A stretch of 63,565 nt of DNA, the filler included, from Malassezia furfur (Eukaryota): NCBI GenBank assembly GCA_052055015.1. It is 7 parts of 7 records of this genome, joined end to end, with 100 filler letters (N's around TTAATTAATTAA, not from the genome) between each part and the next. Parts side by side here need not be neighbours in the genome. Positions count along the whole stretch, not along the records: positions 1 to 9,118 come from JBQJIT010000437.1; positions 9,219 to 18,281 come from JBQJIT010000438.1; 5 more parts are not named here. One strand, given 5' to 3'. This document shows positions 1-9,959 of the stretch, piece by piece. The translations under genes were made by a program, and so were the position numbers. Every line of letters begins with the position of its first letter. The stretch's first letter is position 1. The notes below the pieces were generated by a model that did not search any database, was not told the DNA's origin, and saw nothing but the letters and a program-made list of their open reading frames with translations.

Positions 1-1389
1 CTTCGCGACCAGAACCGGCTGCACGGCCAGCTGCTGCTCCTCCGTGCGCTCGGCGTGCCGGCCGCCGTGCCGGCTGACGTGCTCGACGGCAACGCATGCG
101 CCGTCACTGTCGCTGCCTACCTCGACGTCGTGCGCGACGACCTCGCACGGGCCACACTGGCGACGGACGTGCGCGCCCACACGGCTGCGTGGCTCGCGCG
201 TCTCCTCGACGCCGCGTGCACGTCTACGGAGGACGGCGGGCCGATGGGGCGCCTGCTGCGTGACCCGTTCCGTACGTGGGTCCTTGCGCCCGCATGGTCG
301 CTCGCGCTCGCCCTGCGCGTGCGCCTCCCGTCCGTACAGGTAGCGCTGCGCGCCCACGACGACGTGCGTGCGCCGCTGCTTGCGCACCTCGGCACGGCGC
401 ACGCAGCGGTGGCCGACGCCGGCTGGGACCCCGCACAAGTGTTCGCCGCGGCATGCAACGTCGCACGGGCGCGCGAGCCGGCGCACGACGTGCGCATCGC
501 CGCGGCGCACCTCGCGTACGCGCTGCGCGCCCATGCGCAGTGGACGGACGCCGAGCGCACGGCGCTCCTCGTCGCGGCCTGGACCGCCGAGAGCGCCGGC
601 GTCCGCGAGGCCCTCATCCCGCTCCTCGGCGCCGCGGCGCACGGCGACGGCGAGCACCGTGTGGAGCTTGCGCGTGCGTGCGTGCCGCTCTGGGAGGCGT
701 GCACGGCCGACGACGCGTCGCTGGCCGCGCGCCTCGGCACCGCGCACGCCCTGAAGGCCGCGGGGGTGGGGGATGTGGAGGCGGACGCCCCGGCAGAGGG
801 CCGCCGCCTGGGTGCGGCGCACGGCGCGGCGCCTGCGCCGCTTGCCCTGCGCACGCACCGCATCCTTCTGCACCTCGTGCACGACGACCACGCCGACGTG
901 CGCGACGCCGCGTGCGCGCTCGTCTCGCCGTCGGTAGCGCGCCCGACGTCGTTCGGCGCCTTGGCGGCGTTTGCGCCGGCGCTGCGTGCGCTGCGCATGG
1001 GCGACGTCGCGTGCACCGAGCACCTCTGGCGCACACTGAGCGACGCGGCGCCTACGGCGTTTGCGTCGGACGCCGCTAGCCTGCTGGCGGCGCCGACGCA
1101 CGCAGCGCAGCAGCATGCAGCGCACACGCTCTTTCCGACCGAGGCCGCGAATCAGTACTATGACCGCGTCGCAGATATGCTGCGTGCGCACCGCTTCTTT
1201 GCGTCGCGCCGCCTGCCGGTGCCGGCAGCGCTGCGCGAGGCGGGGGCGGCGCCGCTCGCCGGGGCAGATGCGCCGTTTGCCGTGCGGCTGCAGCGCGCGC
1301 TGTGTGCGGATCTTGGGGCGGTGCTGCGGGGCGAGAAGCGGCCCGAGGTGGTCGACGCGGCGTTTGGTGCGCTGCTCGTCACCCCGTGG
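1..1389 (+). CDS. THADA/Trm732-like armadillo protein, C-terminal part (5' truncated; true 3' end uncertain because the frame stays open to 2850)
   Basis: Frame 1 opens LRDQNRLHGQLLLL, resembling the THADA 'QNHIHGTLLQ' motif. Helical Ala/Leu-rich sequence with 'LVHDDHADVRDAA' and 'LFPTEAANQYYD' follows. It becomes low-complexity after ~1390. Confidence 0.5.
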
Positions 1390-1534
1390 CGCCCCAAGGC
1401 GCAGGCCAAGGGGGGAGCCGGTACGCCGGGCCTCGACGGGGGGTCGGATGGAGGGCCTCGCGGAGGACCTGATGGGGGTTCTGCCGGGGGCCCTGGCGCA
1501 CGGACCCCGCCTGGGAACACTCCAGCCTCGGAAT

Positions 1535-2917
1535 ATGCCGCACCCCCTCTGCATCGCGTACGCAGACCCCACTCATTCTTAGGCTGCTCTCCGACTTCTT
1601 CTTCCCCAACGTCGGCGGCGTCGAGGGGCACATGTACATGGTCGCCCAGCACCTCGTGCGCCGCGGTCACAAGGTACGCTGCACGCTCACGCGCAGGTGA
1701 TCGTCGTGACGCACGCATACGCGCCGCACCGCGCCGGCGTCCGCCATGTGCCGGGCGGCATCAAGGTGTTCTACGTGCCCCTCCAGGTGCTGGTCCGCCA
1801 AGATACCCTGCCAAACTTTTTCGCGCTGCTCCCGGTGCTGCGTGCGATCCTCGTGCGCGAGCGCGTCGACATCGTGCACGGCCACCAGGCACTGTCGAGC
1901 ATCGCACACGAGGGTCTCTTCCACGCCAAGGCACTCGGCCTCCGCACCGTGTTTACCGACCACTCGCTCTTTGGCTTTGCCGACGTCGGCAGCGTGCTCA
2001 CCAACAAGCTGCTGCGTTTTGCGCTCACCGACGCCGACCACGTCGTGTGTGTGAGCCACACGGCGCGCGAAAATACGGTGCTCCGCGCGGCGCTGCCGCC
2101 CCACGACGTGTCGACGATCCCGAACGCGATCGACGCGCAGGCATTCCGCCCGACGCACACGGCGCCCACCGACCACGGTACGTCCTGCGCAGCTTACGCA
2201 GTGTGCATCGTCGTGCTCAGCCGCCTCATGTACCGCAAGGGCATCGACTTGCTCCTCACGGCGATCCCCGCACTGTGCGCGCGCCACGCCGACGTGCGCT
2301 TCGTGATCGGCGGCGACGGGCCCAAGGCCGTCGCACTCGAGCAGATGCGCGAGCGGCACATGCTCCAGGACCGCGTCGAGCTCGTGGGCGCCGTGCGCCA
2401 GCGCGACGTGTGTGCGCACTTGAACCGCGGGCACATTTTCCTCAATACGTCGCTCACCGAGGCGTTCGGCACGTCGATCATCGAGGCGACATGTGCGGGG
2501 CTGTATGTCGTCACGACGCGCGTCGGCGGCATTCCGGAGCTGCTGCCGCCGTCGATGATGCGCCTCGCCGAGCCGTCCGCGGACGCGATTGTGCGCGAGA
2601 CCGACGCAGCGATCGCGCACATCCGTGCGGGGCGCCACGATCCAGACGCACAGCACCACGCCGTGGCCGAGATGTACGCGTGGGCGCACACGGTCGCACG
2701 CCTCGAGCGCGTGTATGCGCGCGTGATGGCCCGTGCGCCGACGACGAGCGCCGCGCGCTTCCGACGGCACTGGGCGCGCGACGGGCCGGTCGCGGGCAAG
2801 ATTGTGTGTGTGATCATTGCCGTGCAGATGGTCATGGTGGTCGTGCTTGAGTGGCTCGTCCCGCGCGCGAAGCTGTGGCGGCCAGGCAGCGTGATGTCGG
2901 AAAAGGCAGGGACGTAG
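1535..2917 (+). CDS. GPI3: GPI-GlcNAc transferase catalytic subunit (PIG-A/Gpi3/Spt14)
   Basis: Spliced N-terminus MPHPLCIA|LLSDFFFPNVGGVEGHMY...RGHK|VIVVTHAY; motifs TVFTDHSLFGFAD, SRLMYRKGIDLL, FLNTSLTEAFG. Introns 1558-1582 (25 nt), 1674-1696 (23 nt) and probably 2178-2201 (24 nt, in-frame). Confidence 0.95.
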
Positions 2918-3695
2918 ATCGAGAGGTGTAGGCTAAGTGAGGCGAATATGTCTATGAGTGGGGCAGACGAGGGGGGCAGCGCCAAGGTTGCCGGGATGGA
3001 CAAGAGGGAGGCGGCGCACCACGGCCGCGGCGCAGCAGGCTCCGGCGGTACTTGTCCAGTAGGTCGTCATGCACGAGGGCCGGATGCATTGGACTTTCGC
3101 GTACCCAGCGTGGCCTGACCTAGTTCCCTTCGCCTCGTTGACCCGCCTGGGCCACGTAGCCTGACTCACTGGCCTGTTCATCCAGCCTGGTGTCGGCTCC
3201 ATCTCGCGGACTGTGCCCTTGACTCGGGCGTTGCTCTCGAGGCCCCGCGTGGCTCGTGTGCGGCCTGCTCCTTTGACTCGGGCCTGGCCCTCGAGGCCCC
3301 GCTTGGCCCTCGAGGGCGCTCATGATCCTTCTCTGGCCAAACTCGCCGGATTCCACTCTTCACCCACTGACTTGCTGCCTTTCCCTAGCCCGTTTCCCCT
3401 GATTCCACTCCTTACCCACTCACTGCCTGTCCTTTTCTATCGATAGCATCTACGGCAGTCGTGTGCGTTGCGACAGCGCAGTCGGACCCGGCGGTTCCCG
3501 CCGAGCAGCGGCCACCTACCAAGCAGGGGCCGCCCACTGAGCAGGGGGCGACACGGCCGAGCAGGGTAGGACACAGGCAGGCCGCGTGGTCACTTAGAGG
3601 GTCCCCACACCGCCACCCAAGGGCCCGTGCGTGCCAACTCACGGTCCCCTCGGCCCCCTCGGCCCTTTTTCGGCGCTTTCTCGGTCCCCACGCGC

Positions 3696-6600
3696 TCAAG
3701 CCGCGAGCTTCATCTCAAAGAACGACTTGGCGAGCTCAAGCGCCTCGTCCACGGCCTCGCTCGACGCCTCGCCCTGGCCCTGCGCGCCATCGGGCTTGCC
3801 GCCGCCACGGCCCTGCAGCTTCTCGCTCACCGCCTTGTTCCACGCAACGGCATCCAGGCCGCGGTCAAGCACGGCCTTGGGCACATAGTTGCTGTAGATC
3901 GTCTTGCGCGTGCTCGGGTCGCGCGAAAAGAGGTACACGGGCTTGTCGGCCTTGCGCGCGGCGGCCATGCCCGCCTGCAGCGCCTTGCTGTTCGCGCCGA
4001 CGTCGAGCTGCTGCACGAGCACCGGCGCATCGGGGTGCTCGGCAAAGTAGTTGGTGACCGCCTCCTGTGCGGCCTTGACGTCCGCGGCCGACTTGGCCTT
4101 GAGCGCGGTGTCGAGCGTCTTGCGCGCCTTGGCGAAGCGCTGCTTGAGCGCGTCCTTGCGCAAGACGCTCATGTCCATGCGCGCGAGGTCGACGCTGAAC
4201 GCCTTGAGCTGCGCATCCTGCGCGGCCTGGTCGGCGAGCTGCTCGATCGCCGCGAGGCGCGCGTCGGCGGCGTCGGCGGTGCGCGTGACCTCGGCGGCCT
4301 CGTCGCCGGTCACCGCGGTGACGCGGCGGATGCCCTTGGCAATGCCGCCCTCTTCGGTGATGACGAGCTGCGTAATCTCGCCGGTGCGCTTGACGTGCGT
4401 ACCGCCACAGAACTCGACGCTCGTGCTGCGCCACTTGGGGTTCTCCAAGTCGCGCGCCATCTCGGCCGTGTCGAACTCGAGCGAGACGACACGCACGGGG
4501 TTGGGGTACGATTCGCCGAACACGGCGCGCAGGCCGGGGATCTTGTACGCGTCCTCGAGCGCCATGTCCTGGCTGAACACCTGCACGTCGCGCGCGATGA
4601 ACGCGTTGCTCAGCTGCTCGATGCGCTCCAGCTCGGGCACGGTGAGCGCGGCCTTGTGCGAGAAGTCGAAGCGCAGCTTGGCGGGCGCCACGAGCGAGCC
4701 CTTTTGGTCCACGTGGTCGCCGAGCACCTCGCGCAGGCCAAAGTTGAGGATGTGCGTGCCGGTGTGGTTGTTGCGCAGCGGGCGGCGGCGGTGCTCGTGG
4801 AACGTCGCGCTGACCGCGTCGCCAACGCGCAGCGTGCCGTAGTGCAGGTAGCCGACGTGCACCACGTACCCATTGTACACCTGCACGTCCGTGACCTCGA
4901 ACTCGGCCGAGCCGTCCGCGAGGCTCAGCACGCCCATGTCCGCCTGCTGCCCGCCGCTCTCGGCGTAAAAGTTGGTGCGGTCGAGCAGCACGCCGAACGG
5001 CTCCTCGGGCGCGCCGAGCTCGCTGCTCGCCTGCACGAAGTGGTGCGCCTGGAACAGCGCCTTGACGGTCGCATCGACGGTCGGCGTGTCGTACTTGAAC
5101 ACGTCGTCCGTCTTCGGCACCGCCGCGTCCGCCTCGAGGTGCGCGAGGTCGTGCACGTCCGGCTTCACCGCGTCCGACGTCTGCTGCTTCGCGCCGCCCT
5201 TGCTCGCCTCCTTGCTCTCGGCCTGCGCGGCATCAAACTCCGCCTGGTCAAACGTCAGGCCCTGCTCCTCGGCCATGATGCTCGTCAGGTCCACGGGGAA
5301 GCCAAACGTGTCGTACAGGCGCCACACGTCCGCGCCACGCAGCTTCGTGCGCCCCTCGGCCTTGGCCTTCGCCGCGTACTGCTCAAACAGCTTCTCGCCC
5401 CGGTCGAGCGTGCGCGCAAACGACGCCTCCTCCTCGTCGAGCAGCGCACAAATCTCCGCCTCGCGCTTGCGCAGCTCGGGGAAAAAGTCGCCCATCTGCG
5501 CCACGAGCGTCGGCACGAGCTGCGAGAAGAAGTGGCCGATCGGCACGTGGAAGTACTTGCGCACAAACCGCACGCCGCGCCGCAGGATGCGCCGCAGCAC
5601 ATACCCGCGCCCGTCCTTGTCGGGCACGCCGCCGTCGCTCATCGCAAACACCAGCGTGCGCACGTGGTCTGCCACGACACGGTACGCGGTGTCGATGCCG
5701 TCGGTGTCCTCGGCGCCGAGCTTCCCTTGGTAGGGGCGCGCGTTCGTCAGCTCCTGGATGCGCGCAAACAGCGGCGCAAACACGTCCGTGTCGTAGTTCG
5801 ACGGCTTGTTCTGCAGGATCGACACGAGCCGCTCAAAGCCCATGCCCGTGTCGATGTGCCGCGCGGGCAGCGGACGCAGCGAGCCGTCCTCCTCGCGGTT
5901 GTACTGGATAAACACATTGTTCCAGATCTCGATCACGTCGGGGTCGTCCTGGTTCACGAGCGCCGCCGCATTGCGCCCGCCGATGCGGTCGTAGTGCACC
6001 TCGCTGCACGGGCCGCACGGACCGGTGGCGCCCATCTCCCAGAAGTTGTCCTTCGCGTCGCCGGTGAGGATGTGGTCGTCTGCGACGCCGACCGCGCGCC
6101 AGCAGTCGCGCGCCTCCGTGTCGGGCTCGAGGCCCAGCTTCGGGTCGCCCTCAAAGTACGTCACGTACAGCCGGTCCTTTTCCAGGCCATACACCTCGGT
6201 GAGCAGCGTCCAGGCATACGCAATCGCGTCTTTCTGCGTCGTCAGTGTGTGCGACCACGCACCTTGAAGTAGTCGCCAAAGCTCCAGTTGCCCATCATCT
6301 CAAAGAAGGTGTGGTGGTACGTGTCCTTCCCGACGTCGTCCAGGTCGTTGTGCTTGCCGCCGGCGCGGATGCACTTTTGCGAGTTGACCGCACGCCGCAG
6401 CTTGCTAAAGTCCGACGCAGGGTCGACCGTGCCGAGGAAAATGCTCTTGTACTGGTTCATCCCGGCATTCGCAAACAGCAGCGTCGGGTCCTCGTACGGG
6501 ATCGTCGAGCTCGAGGGGACAAAGGTGTGGTCCCGCGCCCGGAAGAAGTCGAGGAACGTCTCGCGCACCTTGGCCGCCGGCCACGCCACGTCTTGCGCCG

Positions 6601-6733
6601 TCGTCGACTCACTCATTGTGTGTGTGTACCAGGGTCGATTAGGGGGTGAATACAGCAAGGGCCTCCAATACACGCCACGTCCTACAGCAGCGACACGAGG
6701 AACCAGCGAATTCCACGCAAAGCCTCGGGGCAT
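3696..6733 (-). CDS. ALA1: Alanine--tRNA ligase (cytosolic start 6616; upstream in-frame ATG 6733 adds a putative mitochondrial presequence)
   Basis: Motifs [61 protein letters not shown]. One 29-nt intron at 6234-6262 (GTGCGT..CTGAC..CAG). Confidence 0.97.
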
Positions 6734-6828
6734 GCACGAAGAGACGCACCGCGCGTGGCCTACGAATGGAGGTGTGTGCGACGCACCACGTGGCCCACGC
6801 CGCCACCCAGCGCGGCACCGTGCGCGCG

Positions 6829-7155
6829 ACGCGACGGCCGCCAGCCGGGCGACGGCTCCGGCATGCTACGAACGAGCGCGCCATAGCAGTTGACAGCAGG
6901 TAGGCTCACACGCCACGCAGTTGACGAGATGAGCGCACCATGCCCGGCGGCGGCATGCCTCGGGCGCAACGGTCGTCAGCGGGGCGACGGCTCCCACATG
7001 CTACGAACGAGCGCGCCATAGCAGTTGACAGTACGTAGGCTCGCACGCCACATACGTGATGAGACAAGTGCATCATACCCGGCGGCGGCATACCTCAGGC
7101 GCGACGGCCGCCAGCCGGGAGACGGCGGACATGCTACGCGGGGGCACGCGCCATG
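6829..7155. repeat. Imperfect ~134-bp tandem repeat, ~2.4 copies, intergenic
   Basis: CATGCTACG(AACGAGCGCGCCATAGCAGTTGACAG) recurs at 6862, 6997 and 7130; flanks such as CCCGGCGGCGGCAT also repeat. Confidence 0.85.
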
Positions 7156-7174
7156 GACGCGTGCGTGCCACCAA

Positions 7175-7175
<1 letters not shown>

Positions 7176-7217
<42 letters not shown>
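7176..7217. repeat. (GCT)14 microsatellite
   Basis: Perfect trinucleotide run read directly from the sequence. Confidence 0.95.
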
Positions 7218-7220
<3 letters not shown>

Positions 7221-8071
7221 GCTGCCGCCACGCCTCGCGCCGCCAACGATGCCTCCGGACTTGTCGCCGCCTACCGAGCCCCGCACACCCTGACCCACGC
7301 TACGTAACCACGGTCGCGCCCTGGTCCCACCACCCCGCACCCAAACTCCCTATCGATCAGGTGTCCATCCGCCCCCCTTCCCCACCCCACAGCCGACATC
7401 ATTCGGAGGTTGCGCTCGGACCCAGGTTAGGCAGACGGGGCAGGGCGAGGGCGAGGGCCATGCACCCTCCCACCCCCGATCGCGAGCGATCGGAACGGAC
7501 CGACCCTCGATCGGACGACCAGGTGTGCGGGTTATGTCGCGCACGCCCCTTGCGCCGCGCTCCACAAACGCCCAACATCACGCGTCCCCCCGACTTGTCC
7601 GGTTCCTGCAGCGAAGCGGCCGTCCGCATCCTTTGTTGATTGGGCATGTGCTGCGCCGCCAGGTCCCGAGATACGTCACCGGCCAATCCGCGTGCGCAAA
7701 AAGGACCTCACCCGCGTGGGACGCGCCGGGGTCCTCGGACTTACGTCAGCTTCGCAGCGGCCCCAGCCAACACTCGCCCATCCGCACCAAACCGCCCCCC
7801 CGTTTGCCGCACAATCGGAAAACGGCCCAAAGGGGGACTTGCGACGTGCGCGCGTGCATTGGTGTGCGTGCATTGAACAAGGACACTACTTTGCCTCTTG
7901 GACTGGGACATGGACCGAGACGGTCGGACGGACTAAGTGCGTGCCGCTTCTTGCCTCACGGGATACGACCGTGACACACAACCACCACACAGTGTTTGTT
8001 TCTCGCTGCGTGCATCGGTTGCCCCCCTCTCTTTCTTCGTCTTGCTCTCTGCCCGACCCCTCCTCGCCGCG

Positions 8072-9118
8072 ATGGACACCGTCGTGTGGAACTTGGCCGC
8101 ACAGGACCCGCGTCTGGCGTATGCGCCGTCGCACGGCGCGCCGTGGAACGCCGGACACGACGCCTACCTCGCCCAGACCCTCTCGGCGCACTACGGCGCG
8201 CCCAACGCACCCGCGCCGCCAGGCACACTGCGCTCGCCGGGCCTCGACGACGGCATGCACGCCTCGGCCGCCTCGTCGCCGTCGGCCCACTCGCCCTCGC
8301 CGTCGCTGATGCACACCGACGCGCTTGCTGGTCAAGACGCGTCGGCGCTGCCGCCGCCGCCGCCGCCGACATCCTCGTCCGCGTGGATGCCCAGCACCAT
8401 CCTGCAGCCGCCGCTCGGCACCGACCTCGGCGCCTCGCCGCAGGGACACGTCGAGACCCCCATGATCAGCCTGCGCGCCGCCTCGCCCGCCACATCGACC
8501 AAGGACGTCGACGCCGCCGCACTCATGGGCCTGCTCGGCTCGTCGCCGCGGATGTATGCGCCGTCGGCGCCCGCACCCGGCGCACCGCTCGGCGCCGGCG
8601 CACCCAAGGCGGCCAGCACGTCGCCAGTGGCGTCGCCCGCGGCGCTCCACGCCCACACGGACGGGCGCCGGCGCGACAGTGCGCAGCTGCGCCACTTTCT
8701 CAAGCTCGACGTCGACATGGGCTTTGTGAGCGACGGCAAGAACGAGTCGCCGACGCTCCTCCAGCCGACGACCGGCTGGAAGAAGCGCCGCTCGGTGTCG
8801 GACGTCGGGCCGCGCACGCCGTCGATCCTCGGCGGCACACTCGACGCACCGATCATCTCGCCGATGGACGACATGGCGTTCCTGCTGCCCGACGTGCCGA
8901 TGCTGCCCGCGGCGCCGCGCGAGGCACCGCGCACCGACGCGCCGCACGACACGGCGCTGCACTTTGCGTCGCTCAACCTGCACGTCGCCGACGACGCTGC
9001 GCCGCAGGCGGCGCACGCCGCGGCACCGACGCTCGCAGCGCCGCCCTCGGGGCATGCACCCAGCGCCTCGGCGCCCGACATCCTCGCGGCGACCGGCGCG
9101 CGACCGGCGCTGTCGCTC
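8072..9118 (+). CDS. Ser/Pro/Ala-rich disordered protein, N-terminal part (3' truncated); possibly a transcription factor
   Basis: ATG follows a pyrimidine-rich leader; ORF runs into the gap; basic KKRRSVSD motif; long upstream region. No folded domain is visible. Confidence 0.55.
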
Positions 9119-9218
9119 NNNNNNNNNNNNNNNNNNNNNNNNNNNNNNNNNNNNNNNNNNNNTTAATTAATTAANNNNNNNNNNNNNNNNNNNNNNNNNN
9201 NNNNNNNNNNNNNNNNNN
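9119..9218. other. Artificial contig spacer N44-TTAATTAATTAA-N44
   Basis: Six-frame stop linker flanked by Ns. Confidence 0.99.
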
Positions 9219-9388
9219 CGACCAAGCGCCGCGAGCGGCGCAACGCGCGCCTCTTGCAGGGCGTCACGGACCCCGAGCGCGCCGCGTCGCGCCGGCACGC
9301 GCGCAACGTGCACAAGCACGAGAGCCGCAAGCGCAAGAATGCCGCGTTCCGCGAGGGGCGGCTGCGCAACGTGCGCAAGCGTACATAA
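9219..9388 (+). CDS. C-terminal fragment of a highly basic protein (possibly nucleolar or RNA-binding)
   Basis: Reads TKRRERRNARLLQG...ESRKRKNAAFREGRLRNVRKRT* from the contig edge to TAA 9386-9388. Confidence 0.45.
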
Positions 9389-9397
9389 GCCATAGCG

Positions 9398-9925
9398 CTA
9401 CGACTGCGGCACACGCAGTTTGTCCGCAAACCCGCCAAAGCGGTGCATCAGCTCGCGCATGCGCGAGACCTTGACCGGCGGCTCGCGCCGATCCTTTTGG
9501 CGCTCGACCTTGACGAAAAAGTGGTCGCGCGCGTCGCTGCGCGCGCCCGGCGCGAGCGGCGACGAGACATGCACCGCGTCGAGCACCGACGGCGCCGTCG
9601 CCCACGCACGCTCGGCATCTTCGAGCGAGGTGTAGGCAATAGCGCGCGGATCCCGCACGCGCGACGCGTACGGGATGCGCAGCATGCCGTTGCGCTCGTG
9701 CGCGGCATGCAGCATCCGCGTGACACTCTCCGGGTCCTGGAACGTAATGGTGCCATAACCAAGCAGGCGGCTCATGCCGCGCGGGAAATAGCACTGCACC
9801 ACCGGACCCCACTGCCGTGCACTGTATGCGACCAGCGCCAGTGCGTGCTGCGGGCCGAGACGCCATTCCGCGCCGCTCGCGGTCGGACCGCGCAGGTGCA
9901 CGAAGACGGTGCACCGTGGAGGCAT
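9398..9925 (-). CDS. Hypothetical small protein with RRM-like features
   Basis: MPPRCTVFVHLRG...QWGPVVQCYFPR...LGYGTITFQDPESV resembles RNP2/RNP1 spacing. Start codon is uncertain. Confidence 0.5.
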   Translation of the reverse strand: MPPRCTVFVHLRGPTASGAEWRLGPQHALALVAYSARQWGPVVQCYFPRGMSRLLGYGTITFQDPESVTRMLHAAHERNGMLRIPYASRVRDPRAIAYTSLEDAERAWATAPSVLDAVHVSSPLAPGARSDARDHFFVKVERQKDRREPPVKVSRMRELMHRFGGFADKLRVPQS

Positions 9926-9959
9926 AGAGACCGACACGTGGAGGTTGGCCCCACCGACC

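Noticed and set aside
3085..3105. GAAAGTCC on the minus strand (RNase P/MRP CR-I-like)
   Set aside because: No matching 3' P4 strand (CR-V) or hammerhead CUGANGA core was found nearby.
3627..6272. Long antisense or alternate-frame ORFs (e.g. 3627-6272 +, 14939-17548 -, 30689-32302 -, 42540-44168 +)
   Set aside because: Shadow ORFs caused by strong GC3 codon bias; Arg/Ala-rich with no motifs.
9163..9174. Repeated TTAATTAATTAA every ~9 kb
   Set aside because: Assembly linker flanked by Ns, not a biological repeat.
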